DNA of 64,000 nt. Source: Chrysomallon squamiferum (lineage: Eukaryota; Animalia; Mollusca). Below the pieces are notes generated by a model, which did not search any database, was not told the origin of the DNA, and was given only the letters and a program-made list of their open reading frames with translations. The stretch is taken from contig CM022679.1 of assembly GCA_012295275.1 (NCBI GenBank), forward strand, positions 22,630,001 to 22,694,000, given 5' to 3'. The number at the start of each line of letters is the position of its first letter. Positions within the stretch are counted from its first letter, which is position 1. A program made the position numbers and the translations under genes. Of this stretch, positions 14,992 to 28,715 are shown piece after piece.

Positions 14992-15216
14992 CTACGTACC
15001 GGTGGTGTCTATGTGAAACAAAGGTGGCGGTCTTAATGGGACTACATGACCGTCAAACCTGTTACAAGACAGCATGGATCTGAACGCATCTCTAAACTGA
15101 TTATTATACACGACGTACAGAAACACGTTGTACGCCGCACTGAAAGCTGACAGAGCTATCCGCACAAGATTGACAGGTCCGCTAGAATACTCCGCCCCAT
15201 CCAGACCGAACACTTT
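14992..15216 (-). CDS. GPCR A exon 4 (ECL3, TM7, helix 8, C-tail)
   Basis: Acceptor tttcag; KVFGLDGAEYSSGPVNLVRIALSAFSAAYNVFLY...; TAG stop. Confidence 0.92.
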   Translation of the reverse strand, partial: KVFGLDGAEYSSGPVNLVRIALSAFSAAYNVFLYVVYNNQFRDAFRSMLSCNRFDGHVVPLRPPPLFHIDTTGT

Positions 15217-15370
15217 CTGAAATAAAAAATAAAAAATAATAATAATAAGTTATGTATAAAGAATAGAAGTCATCTAAATCGTATCAGAATTGAAGGTTCT
15301 AAGGCTTTATTTCTAAACTGTTTTGTATAAAGATAATAAATTATGACACAGGAGACTACTGCAACTATCG

Positions 15371-15425
<55 letters not shown>

Positions 15426-17287
15426 TGAATGCACCTTTTCATATGTTAGCGCATGTCACGGTATTTGATAAAAGCTTCGTGGAGCAGTGGTCGGAATGGT
15501 TTTACTAAGATATTTCTCCATCCACCCTTTTCTGTAGGAAAATCTACATCGTAACAATGAAATACACCTTGAATGCAACAGTATTTTAAAATTATTTATA
15601 ACCTCTGGCATAAATAAAATTTCTTTCAATAAATATTTCATCTCTTACGACAACGAGATCGTATCCAGACATTAAGAAATGAAGAGTCATCAGATTCGTC
15701 ACATTATTTAAAATATTTGACCTCCCCCAATTTCTGATATTTTAGTTCGGTTCTTGTTAACTGTAATAAGCGATATGGTGAAAGAAATGTTAGTATGTCA
15801 TAACGGCTTCTCAATTAAAGGGAAGTAACTTTTTTTTTTTTTTCTTTTTTTCTTTTTCTTCCGCATAATGAATTCATTGAAACGATTTCTTATCTTATGA
15901 ATATAGCTTTATTACGAAAGAATATGCATCAATTAATGGAAAAAGAGGGCGACTTTTTTTTTTTTTTTTCCTTTTTTCGGTTCAGAATATTCAACAAATG
16001 TCATTAGATTAAGCATTTTCGTATGTATAATTATTTCGGAAAAATGTAATTTTTGAAGTGATACCATGAGAAGAGATCGATCTCAGACAGTTAAATCCTT
16101 GTAATATTATGCCGAGTGGTTTTGAGTATCCCACAATACAGCCAAATACTGATACGTATTATAAATTATTATTATTATTATAATTATTTTTATTATATTT
16201 ATTGTTATTATTAGTATTAGTATTAGTAAGTAATGTTTAAAACTGATTTAAAAGAAAAATATTAAACCACAAGACTATCAAATACAATTATCATAAAATC
16301 ATCATCATTATGACGTTATCATCAATATGATCCGGACATTATTGACATCAGGATGAATTTTAATTTATTATCTTATCTACCATCTGAAAGACGCCACCAC
16401 CATAACTCACCACCAGCACCATCATCATCATCATCATCATAATTACAAACATCTTGGCCAGTATTATCGTGATACTATTTTTCAAAGCCATCATTATCGT
16501 CGTCATCTTTACGATGATCGTCATTAACGTCAACGCTACAATCTTCATCATGGTCATGATCATTATAATCATCTACATAAACCTTGTCATCACCAACATC
16601 ATATTTATCATCATCAGCAGCAGCAGCAGCAGCATCACCATTATCATTGGTAAAAGAGGAAAAACGACACTTACAGCAATAACAAGCAGAGTAAAATACG
16701 GGGCCCACGAAACGGCAAATAGAGCGGTTGCTATGACAAGCAGGTGTATGATTTTCATCTTTTTAGCTGCCACCAGTCGCCTCTGATGTGTCTCTTCAGC
16801 CTCTTTGCCAATCTTCCACACAAATCTGAAACCGAACAACATAAATAAACAATCAGATACACGATGAATACGAATGGAATGGAATGGAATATATACATAT
16901 AATGTATATAGGTGTATGTTTTTGTGTACCTTTGCATGTATGTATTGATATATATATAGATAGATACATTTGTGTGTAAATAAGTGTCTCTGTAATTTGT
17001 ATAATGTGTATGTATACAGCTGTTTTGTGTAAAAAGGAAATGACAGACAGAAACCCCTTAATTCCGTTTCTTATTTCAGTAGTTAGGAAATACAGAACAA
17101 AGACAATTTTTAATGTGCTGTTTCCCAAACAGAAGGAAATGGTCTTTGATCAAACAGATTGGCAGGAACGGGAAATACTTCAATGAGAGCAAGATCATCA
17201 ACATTATTATGTTGTTGTTATCTTTTTCTTCTTGACAGTTTTTGTTTTTATTTTTTATTTTAGTTTTGTTGTTGTTATTATAAATGC

Positions 17288-17354
<67 letters not shown>

Positions 17355-17434
17355 GTTGTTGTTGTTACTGTTGTTGCTGTTGTTCATATACGTCATATTA
17401 TTATTATCATAACTATCATCATCATCATCATCAG

Positions 17435-17470
<36 letters not shown>

Positions 17471-17480
17471 TATTATTATA

Positions 17481-17515
<35 letters not shown>

Positions 17516-19119
17516 AACTCCATTAAGACAATCTCAAAAAATTTCACCTAACAACCACGATGCAGTTGGAGATGATCATCACCAACGGTATTAAATAGGC
17601 GACAAAAACCAACATCAGTCCATTGGTGACCGAATACGTCGTCGACGTCGTACTTCCGCACGTGGTGTGCGCGTCGGACACGTTGTGGCTTGGGCCGTAC
17701 TCGACGAAGGAGGAGTACTCGAAGATGGTTGGGATGCAGACGCAGAAAGACCCCACCCAGATGGTCGGGATGACCACCCGCAGAACACTGGCTGCACTCT
17801 GCTCTCGACAAAACACAATGGCTTTTCTCCTTTCGAACGAGATGACCACGAGCGAATAGATGGACACCATGATGCAGAAGATAGGCGCAAAATTGACCAT
17901 GCTGCAAACGGCTGGACCTGCAAAACGCAGGAGAATAAGACAAGGCTAGTTGTTTAGTTAAAGATAGCAACATAAGAATAATATAATAAAAAAAAATTAT
18001 ATTCATATATATATATGATGAATAACAGTGGACTGGATAATGCATATTCGTACTTTACTGAGGGTTTAAAAATATATTATTATTATTTGAATGAATGAGT
18101 GAGTCAGGGAAATATTAAAAGATAAATAAATTAATAAATAAGAAAGTAAATAAATAAAGTAACTGATTAACTAATTAAACAATAACAACAGCAACAAAAG
18201 TCTGAAAAAAAAGCATAATTTCTGTTTATTCTTCAAACCGTTTGTGTTTTGTCACATACAGACTAACCTACATTTATTATCATCATCATCAATTATTATA
18301 GTATTCTCGAGCAAAGAATTAACATGTGTACATGTGTGTGTGTGTATAATGTATGTATGTATGTATGTATGTATGTATGTATGTATGTATGTATGTATGT
18401 ATGTATGTGTAAGTATGTATGATAGTGTGTACCTCAGTGCTTGTAATTATATACATATACCTTGCACCTTACCCGTCTTGTTTGTTTGTGTATGCATCTA
18501 AGTCTGTGGAAGAATATGTTATTCTGTCAGTTTTTTTAACATAGGATAACTTAATCTAACGTTTCTCAGAGTATTCCATATTCGCTGACGTTAATGACAC
18601 GATTCAGTGCGACTGTTCAAACAGAAACTGGCGTCTTTCTGCCATTAACTGCGACAACGTCTTCCTCATCACTGATCTCTGTATGCATTCAGATAATTAT
18701 TACACTGAAAGTCTGCCTAATGGTACTCACAACTGATCCATTGATATTAAGAACTAATTAGAGTCTTTTTTACAATTTCCTGCACTTGCGAGAAAATTCT
18801 ACACAAATATTAACAGATGAGAGATGTTGTTCTTCTTTTTTTCTTCTTTGACTTCTTAGGGTCTCTTTCAACATCAGCTACTTCTTGTACCAGTACCGCT
18901 ACTACTACTGTTATCAACTCCACTACAACTACTTCTATTATCACTATTGTTTCTGCTGTTGTTACTGTTATTACTGATACATCTATTTCTGCTACTGTAA
19001 CCGCAAATATCATTGCTTCTTGTCATTTATTGTTATTACTGATACTATTTCTAATGTTACTTACTATTTCTTGTCATTTACTTATCTCTACTATTACAAC
19101 TGTTACTTCTATTATTATA

Positions 19120-19163
<44 letters not shown>

Positions 19164-19495
19164 TAATGTTGCGGTTATTTCTACTTTTACTACTACCACT
19201 ACTATAACTGCTGTTTTTATTTCTACTACTAGTAATGCTATTGCTATTATTACTAATAGTAAGTAATACAGTATTTTTGTACTACTATTGCTAATATTAA
19301 CTATCACTGTGTACCTATGTAATAATGTGTAGCAATAGAAGTAACATTGACAGATAGGCATAGTATTTATTTCTTCTTGTATTATCATCATCATCATCAT
19401 TATCATCTGCCTTTAATAAACATAAAACCAGATAAAACAGTATGTAAAATCGATGAGTATGAGAAAAGTAAACAGAAAGAGAGAAAAATAAAGGT

Positions 19496-19576
<81 letters not shown>

Positions 19577-19940
19577 AATGCATATTTAAAACAAAATATA
19601 TCATAACATTGCTGAAACACGAGAAAAAAACAAATTAATTAAAATGACCAGTGATGAAATTTGGAAATTCGAGAAGAAAGAAAACCGGGTTTTTAATCCT
19701 CCATGGACTAACGGATTAGTACTGCACTCAGATACATCACCAGGATTTTAGATCAGACCGTCTTTGATTAGGGATTATAATAATAATAATAATAATATTG
19801 ATGATGATAATAATTATAATAATTAGAACAACAACAAGAGAAACAAAAATAATAGAAATAAAGCAATCATCAGCAGCAACAGCCAAAACTACTATAACAG
19901 TAATCATGACGATGATGACGACGACAAAATTAACAACAGC

Positions 19941-19999
<59 letters not shown>

Positions 20000-20491
20000 A
20001 GTAACAGTAACAACAACAACAACAATAATAATAATAATAAGGACAACTAAAGCAGCAGCAACAAAATAAACACAAAATAAATGAATAAAAACTTCATCAT
20101 CATCAACAATTACAACAACAACAACAACAACGGTAAGAAGAAGAAAAGACTAATACGACGTGGATGGTGAAAAATAAAGATAAACACCTAAAAACTTAAA
20201 AAAGATAAAACTATAAAAGAAAACCGCGACAAATGCTATTCTGACAAACACAGTTTTCTTACCTTCGTAGTAATTTCCCGTATGAGAAATGTCGTGTAAA
20301 TTCTGCGGCAAAACAACGCCGGCCAAGATAATTTCGCTCACAGCAAGGTTGCTGATGCAGATGTTAGTGACATTGCGCATTCTCGGGTTCCTGATGACAA
20401 CTGCGATGACCATGACGTTGCTGATGATGGAGAACAACATCATCAAGCCAACGAACACGACGAATGCGATAAGGCCGTCTCCTAAAGCCAT
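14992..20491 (-). CDS. GPCR A: class A (rhodopsin-like) orphan GPCR resembling neuropeptide receptors, 324 aa; exons 20263-20491, 17548-17917, 16675-16825, 14992-15216
   Basis: Seven TM segments with RMRNVTNICISNLAVSE (TM2), C3.25, SFERR, TM4 W, ECL2 C, YLIPL, FAVSWAPY, YNVFLY and NNQFR. All introns are GT-AG with phases 1, 2, 0; total 975 nt open. Confidence 0.93.
16675..16825 (-). CDS. GPCR A exon 3 (ICL3, TM6)
   Basis: 151 nt, same length as in paralogs B and C; FVWKIGKE...ALFAVSWAPYFTLLVIA; donor gtaagt. Confidence 0.9.
17548..17917 (-). CDS. GPCR A exon 2 (TM3-TM5)
   Basis: GPAVCSMVNFAPIFCIMVSIYSLVVISFERR...VAYLIPLVMIISNCIVVVR; acceptor ttttgcag, donor gtgaaa. Confidence 0.92.
18042..18248. 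repeat. Inverted-repeat arm in GPCR A intron 1 (pairs with 13470-13672 and 6650-6760)
   Basis: gcataatttctgtttattcttcaaaccgttt is the exact reverse complement of 6651-6681; the longer match is to 13470-13672. Confidence 0.88.
20263..20491 (-). CDS. GPCR A exon 1 (TM1-TM2)
   Basis: MALGDGLIAFVVFVGLMMLFSIISNVMV...LPQNLHDISHTGNYYE-G/gtaag; 229 nt as in B and C. Confidence 0.92.
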
Positions 20492-20716
20492 TTCTGTGTA
20501 GTTTTTGTGTTTACTTAAACATACAGTCATTCAGTTATTTTATGTATCACTAGATTTTTGCTTTCAGCTGCTTGTTAAAATGTCCTGTTCTGTCATGATG
20601 GTTGTGTGTTTTTTATTATTGTTGCCGTTGTTGTTGTTGTTGTTGTTGCTGGTTATTTTAGAAACCAAACACGTATGCAAAAGAGAATGAGAAAAACGAA
20701 AACAAATAAAATATAA

Positions 20717-20755
<39 letters not shown>

Positions 20756-20941
20756 ACTAAAAATCTTAATAAAACTAAACCAAAATCATTTCACAATTCA
20801 CTGGTAAAACGTCTTTCCAATTCTTATTTGGCATCAGTTCAGAAATCCCACCAAAAATATATATCCTGTTTTCGATAAACCTAAGACCATCATTCCTTTT
20901 TTTCTCTCTCTGTCTTTTTGTTGTTCTTCTTCTTCTTGTTC

Positions 20942-21001
<60 letters not shown>

Positions 21002-21719
21002 TAAACAAAAAAATCACTTTTAGACAAAGTAGTCTGCGTTTTGACGAGGTCTTAAATAACTATTGGTTTTCACCGATTCGAAAGACAACCAAAAGAAGAA
21101 TACCTCCAACCTTTGCGAGATAAACCTGACACAGCGTATACTAAGCTCTTCATTCATCATCACCTTTCATTCTGTCTTTGCCATCAAATCCTAGTCGTCT
21201 TTCGGCTTCTAACTGACTAACATTCTGACGAATAAAAATAACAAACTGGAGCTGAGGCCAAGTTTCCAGCGTCTCTTCTGGACTTCATACGTTATGGTCA
21301 TTTCAAAGGTACTCCGCGCTACACTACACTATTTACTGTCATTTCGTGTAAAAGTGTATCGATTTGGCATTTGGACCTAACTGCACGTAAGCAGATCTAT
21401 CAGGCGAAAGAGATTCATATGCATTGTACTTTTCTAACTGCTAATACAAACGACTGTCAATATCTGTTAAAGTGAAACGTTTCCCCATTGATAAAAATTG
21501 TAATAGAAAGCTATTTATAAGAGCTAAAAATTAGTATTGGAATTTCTTCTTTTCTTATAATTGTCAAAGTAAGTGTTTATCTTCGTCTTAGGTAAAATGT
21601 TTCTGTATTCATAGAAGTCATAAATGATAGTTACAGTAATAGGTTAACAAATGTAAATAAATAAATATTAAGGAATAAAACATGCGTTTTTAACATATAT
21701 ACCTGTGTATTAAAAGAAG

Positions 21720-21754
<35 letters not shown>

Positions 21755-21799
21755 AGTCCTCTAAAAGATACCCAAGTTTCAACCAAAGTATGTACTAGC

Positions 21800-22345
21800 A
21801 TATTAACATATATTAACAGAGTATTAACATGTGCAATGTCACTGTATTAACATATGTGTAATGTAAGTCTATTAACATATTTGTAATTTCAGTGTATTAA
21901 CATGTGCAGTGTCAGCGTATTAACCTCCGTATGTCACTGGTTTGACATGTTTATAAGAGTAATGTATGCATATTAACCTGTGCTTAATGTCATTGTATTA
22001 AATGAATAATGTCCGCATATTAACCTGTGCTTAATATCAATGCATTAAAATTTGTTTTGTCAGCGTATTAACATGTTTATAATGTGAGTGTGTTAAATGA
22101 GTAATGTCAGTCTATTTACATTTGTGTAATATCAGTGTATTTGCATCTGTGTAATGGCAGTGCATTAATGTATAATGTCAGTCTATTTCATAATAATGTT
22201 TAGTGTCAGTAATATCAGCTTATTAACATCTGTAACGTCAGCCTATTAACATATGTCTAATGTCAGCATATTTACTGTGTAATAGCGGTGTATTAATACA
22301 CGAGTGATTGCAGCGCATTAACATACATGTAATGTCGGTGTATAA
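21800..22345. repeat. Degenerate ~21-22-bp minisatellite (about tgtaatgtcagtgtattaaca)
   Basis: Recurring aatgtcag and tattaac motifs. Confidence 0.8.
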
Positions 22346-22410
22346 TCATAATTATGTTTAATGTCGGGAAACAATCACATACATACATTCATACATACAT
22401 ATATAGATAT

Positions 22411-22453
<43 letters not shown>

Positions 22454-22719
22454 TCTGGGTGTAACCAGACTACAAGGAATAAAAAATAATTTCATTTCGT
22501 GGGTTTCAGTGATTATTTTAGTCGTAAAGCGAAGCTGTCACGAATCGAAGAAACTGGTTTTAATTTGACTGACTGGATGTAAGAACAGTTTTATTTGTCT
22601 AGCTAGTTATTTACCATTTAGTGTACTCGTTCAATAACACTGAAACCTAATTTAAAAAAAATATATTATTATTATTGTTATCTTTGTTATTATTAATACT
22701 GTTATAATAGCTAGTAGTA

Positions 22720-23810
22720 CCACTTCTGCTGCTGCTTCTACTAGTAGTATTATTACAACAACTACTACTATCATTTCCCGTGGTGCAATATTTATTACCT
22801 AAACCTATACTACAACTAATACCATTGCCAATGCTATTACTACTATTACAATTGCTAGTATTACTGCTACTACTAATACTACTACAGCTATTACTCCTAA
22901 CATACTACTACTCCTAATATAACTATTTCTATTACTAGTACTGCCATCATACTACTTTCATCGATATATCTATGATCAAAACCTATAATATTACTACTAC
23001 AACTGCTATTAGTACTACTACACCTACTACCACTACTATCATTACGACCACCAATACTTATACTACTATTACTCTGTTATTATTTATTACTATATTAATA
23101 GTAATACTATTACTACTAATACCAATACTTATACTTCTATTATTCTGTTATTACTTATTACTACTATACTGCTGCTACTACTACTACTACTACTACTAAT
23201 ATTAGTACTATTATTACTACAAACACTGATAATGGTACCACCACTACAATTATATTACTACTATTCCTATTACTACTATTACTACTGGTAGTATTACTAT
23301 TACTATCACGTCCACTACGGCTATTTTTATTACCAAAATCTATACCATTACTACTAACACTAACATTACACTACTTTTACTATTGCTACTACTAATATTA
23401 ATACTATTACTACTAGCACTCCAAGCACTACTGTAGTTACAACTACTAACAGTACTACTACTACTATTGCTACTACTACTGTTACTATTAGAAGTACTAT
23501 TACTACTACTATCAGTTACAAAAACCTTTTCTCCTACTGCTACTACTACAATTACTGCTATTGTTACTACTACTACAGCTACTACCAAAAACTACTGTTA
23601 CTACTACCATTACAGCTACCACCACTATCACAAACTACTACTACTGCTACCACTACCATTACTTCAACTACTACTATTGCTACTACTGTTGCTACTACTA
23701 CTACTACTACTACTGTTAATGCAATTACTACTACTACTATTATTATTATTGTTGTTGTTGTTTATGTTGTTATTATTAGTAGTAACAGTAGTAGTGGTAG
23801 TAGTAGTATT
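22720..23810. repeat. Degenerate (ACT/ATT)n trinucleotide low-complexity tract
   Basis: Directly visible; similar tracts at ~25335-25720, 27890-28170 and 47690-48190. Confidence 0.85.
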
Positions 23811-25517
23811 CGTTACGATCATCATCGTTATACTCAACTATCTAAGGTGATCTGAAGGAGATCTACAAACATAAATGTAAAAAAAAATCAAATCTTCCAT
23901 GTAATTATTTTAAAAGATATTGTCATGTAGAATATAATTATCATTTATTTTCAATAATGAAGGAATAAAATCGACAAGAAAGGCTCGTTCTAATTTCGTA
24001 TTTTGAACATCGTTTCTCTTAGACTAATAGATTGAAATAGTTTTTTGCAAAATCATTTTCTCCAAAGTCAGGTCATTAATCATTAATTATGGTGTTTTAA
24101 AATCGTTTACATGTGTACGTATGAAGATAATGGGAAAATTTGGGAATAAAAAAGAATTACTGTGCGTAAATAATTTCAAAGAATAATACATTAAACACTT
24201 ATAACCAGGAACATTTATTAAATATATCGTACGGTTTTAGAAAAAGGAAGAAAAGAAGAATGATAAATGAACTGTTTAACGAAATCTTAACACAGATTGT
24301 TAATAACAACTGTTAAACTTCGTATAAATTTTAGTAATAATATACATTTTTGATATTTCATTTTACAGTTGTCAACTTCAAATATAATATTTTACTAATG
24401 AGATGAGAAAGAGGAAATATTTGTGTTGAAAGACTTGTATACAATTGATATATATTTTCTTATATATATATATATATATATATATAAATATAGATAAAAT
24501 AAGTAAAGTAAGTCATTTTGGTTTTCAGAAATATAATAAATTGACAAATAAATAAATAAATAAATTATTGTTTTTCTTGTTGTTGTTGTTATTATTATTG
24601 TTATTGTTGTTGTTGTTGTTGTTGCTGTTGTTGTTATTTTCGGTTTAATAAATCGACAAATAAAATAATAAATAGACAGCCCGAGAGAGTGAAGAAGGTA
24701 GAGAGATGAAAAAAGAGAGAAAGAAAAATTCAAGAATTAATGCAACTAACTACTTAATTAGTTACAAATGACTTAATTGATAAAATCTACAGTAAGAACA
24801 AACAACAACAACAACAACAACGCTTACTAAATATCATCAACGCTCCAAAACACAAGAATAAGCAAAAACAACAACAACAAAAAATAATAATAATAATAAT
24901 AACAAAATATAAAATAAAACAACAAGAACAAAAAAAACAGAATATATGGATTTTAGCAAAACTTTCATATGAGACTAAAATTAATAACGAAATCATCTCT
25001 TTGTAATTACTTTCATGCTTGGACCTCATCAGGTTTTAAAAAAAAACCACCGTGATGACCTTAACAAACAACTCAACGGTCACTGTACACCCATATCTGT
25101 CATCCGATAAAACTGTGAGAATATTTAATTAAACGTCAAAAGCTCACCAACGGGTCAGTACCGTTCTTCATCTCGTAAAAGGCTGGTAGTTAAAGACGAA
25201 AATAGTTCACAAAATTGGAGTCGTAGTGAGAATCAAAGCTCGTTAATGCAGTGATTAACAGTTGACAGATTGTAGCATTGCCTGCCGTGGTGTGCATTTT
25301 AATGTCTTTTAGCGTCGTTACTGAGTTGCCAGCGCTACTACTGTTATTATCGTTATTACTACTACCACTACCGTTATTATTATTACTGCTATTACTATAA
25401 CCACTACTAGGACTGCCACTAATACTGCTGCTACTCTGACTACTACTACTACGTCTACACTACTATTATTTTTATTACTATTATTACTGCTACAGATATT
25501 ACTGGTTTCACTGATAT

Positions 25518-25558
<41 letters not shown>

Positions 25559-25859
25559 TTACTATTATTTGTAATTATTTTATTTATTTATTTATTTATT
25601 ATTATTATTATTATTGCAATTACTACTATAAATACTACTACTACTACTATTACTACTACCACACTACTAGAACTACTATTACTATTACAAAGATACTATT
25701 ACCAATAGTATTATTTCCAGTACTACATCTGGTTCCACTTTTGTTTGTATGCATGTATCAACAGCAACAACAACAACAACAATGAATAGCTCTGTATATT
25801 AAATATTTTAAGAATGAAAAGAAAATGCCTTTAAATGTTGGTGAAGTGAAAAAAAAAAA

Positions 25860-25895
<36 letters not shown>

Positions 25896-26340
25896 AGGAA
25901 AAAAAAGAGAAAAAAATCATCCTGATCGTCTCCCGTGAAAAAACTTTTTTATTTATTTATTTAACTTTTTGTTTTTTGTTCTAACAGATATAACTCTTTA
26001 CTGCTCATATTAATTACCATGACTCACCTACAGATGTATTTGTACTTATTTTATGTCAGGTTTCTGTAAGAGAAGCAAATGAAGTTAAATCTAATAAACG
26101 GTCAGTCGTATAATAGTTAGTTCTCAGCGAGGAAGTTAATAAAAAAGAAAAAGAAAAAAGAGTAAAATAAAAGAATAAAAATAGAAGAAAAAAGAAGATT
26201 AATTTAAGATGAAATAACAAAGAAAAGAGCCGAAAGATATGATGGTTATTGTCGCTGATGCTGTCATTATAAATTGCCGTCGTTGGGAGGAGAAATTAAA
26301 GATAGTAAGAGCAAATTGTTGTTGATGCTGTGGTTACGAC

Positions 26341-26493
<153 letters not shown>

Positions 26494-27237
26494 TTTTGTA
26501 TGCGTGTCTAATCATGGATCATTGCCAAAGTGAATTTACTTGATCGAGATAAAATCTGGAGATGATAAATGTCAGTCATATTAAAAGAAGGTTTCCAGTT
26601 GAATCTTTCTGTTGTTTCTTTTCAAAGGAATGAATAAGGAACCTAAAACGGATGTGACATTTATATACACAATACACTACCCTTTGACTATGAGACGAAA
26701 AGGAAAAACATACATATAAATGTGTGTGTGTATTTATGTCTACATAAATATTCTTATCTATTTTCAACTGACGTCAGCTGCACGAGTTTAAGTACACATA
26801 GTTTATACCCGTATTTTTTTATATATGACAATCGTAAATTCATATACAAAGGACTTTTTATTATAAAATTAAATTCATCTTCTACAAAATTCATCTTCTA
26901 CAACATTTGACATTTTGATATTTCATTATTTTGATATCTACCTTTTTCAGTCAGCAATGTGTGGGCAGAAATCGAAATTTAGTAATAAGAATAGTATTGC
27001 AGATGCAGTCTGTCTGTTAAATGCTTACATTATTATCACTGCTATCGTCACTAGCACAGTTATTTCTGTTACTAAAACCAATACTACTACTACAACTAAT
27101 AATAATAATTCTACTACTACTATCACTGCGAAACTACTACTACTATATTTGTATGTGTGTATATATGTGAGTGATTGTGTTTGTGTGTGTTTGAGTGTAG
27201 GTATGTGTGTATGTATATATATGTTTTTCACACAGAC

Positions 27238-27348
<111 letters not shown>

Positions 27349-28644
27349 CCAGAGGTAGGCAGAGTGATTGATATCGAACCTAGGGATAAACGTGACTGTA
27401 CTAAATGTCTAGTGATCAAATGGGGCATCATCAGAAACAGAAATAGAAACTGGGAAGGAACAGCACAAAGATAAAATAAATCTTATCACGAATCAGTAAT
27501 GAAGAAAAGGGTGAAGAACTTATTAGCTTGTATTATTGATAATATTTACTTATTTATTTTAAATGCTTTGTGGGAGCCAGTAATGACAAACCAAGGATTC
27601 CACTGAAAGGTCGATGGTCTAAGAATCTTGCCGACCCGTTTTTTTAATGAGAAAGTGGTAAAACAAAAGATCTAATAAGACTGAGTTGATTAAGTTTTTT
27701 CTTGTGTTGCATGTTAAATTAATTTAACTGGAAAAAAAAAAAAAAAAAAAAAAAAAATCTCTTTAAATAAAGATAAGAATAATGAAGAAAGAAAATATGA
27801 ATATTCCAATTTAGTTTTTACACCGCCAAAAACTGTTTCAAATTTAGCATAAGCTCAACACGTATAAGTACTATAACTATTAAAATAACAACAACTACTA
27901 CTACTACTAATTCTGTTGCTGCCATTACTACCACTACTACTACTACCACTACCACCGCTGCTACTACAAGTACCACTACTATTTATTTGTATTGTTCCTA
28001 CTAACGCTGTTACTACTAACTACTACTACTACCACTCATTTTTTTTTTACTTCTGTTGCTACCGTTACTACAACTGCTACTACTACACTACTTCTATTAC
28101 TACTACTATTATATTTTTATTTATGCTGACGCTGTTACTATTGTCGCTACCATTTCTATTACTAACATATTTTAGTAGTCAAATTAGTTTCTGTCACTAT
28201 AATCAACAATACGACATAAAGCCTTTAACGTAAATTTTAATTATAAACACTAATTATTATTACTAACGTCACAAACCTTCGATAACATGTCTGTCATTCA
28301 TTTTCGTCTTGTGTGGTCAATCAGTTTCTCTATTTTTGTAAAACGTGCTCGTTTGACGTAACAGTGATGACTATAGATTTATTAACAAAATGGCTTGACC
28401 TTTGAATGATCCATTGGCTAGTAAATAAATGTTAATGCGGTAAATTATGAAAAACCATCCTGTATTGACGTCAAAATTACGGAGATGGAGGAGTAAGTGA
28501 TGGAGATGATAATGATGATGATAATGATGATGATGATGATGATGATGATGATGGTATTGAATGGTTAAAAAAAAAACAAGCCTTTGTCATTAAGACTTTT
28601 TTTTTATAATAATAATTAATATAATAATAATAATAATAATGATG

Positions 28645-28715
<71 letters not shown>

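Noticed and set aside
15060-15180. Opsin identity for the GPCRs (TM7-H8 SAAYNVFLYVVYNNQFR resembles rhodopsin SAVYNPVIY..NKQFR)
   Set aside because: The position equivalent to the retinal-binding Lys296 is Ala (A, B) or Ser (C), and TM2-TM3 look like peptide-receptor sequences.
15470-15500. Shared ~20-mer cg(t/c)ggagcagtggt(c/t)ggaa also seen at ~63246
   Set aside because: Too short and decayed to define an element; probably remnants of a dispersed repeat.
17548-18045. Overlapping alternative-frame and antisense ORFs over GPCR exon 2 (also 55879..56406 and 11062..11451)
   Set aside because: These are shadows of the real coding exons, helped by high GC at third codon positions in the GPCR exons.
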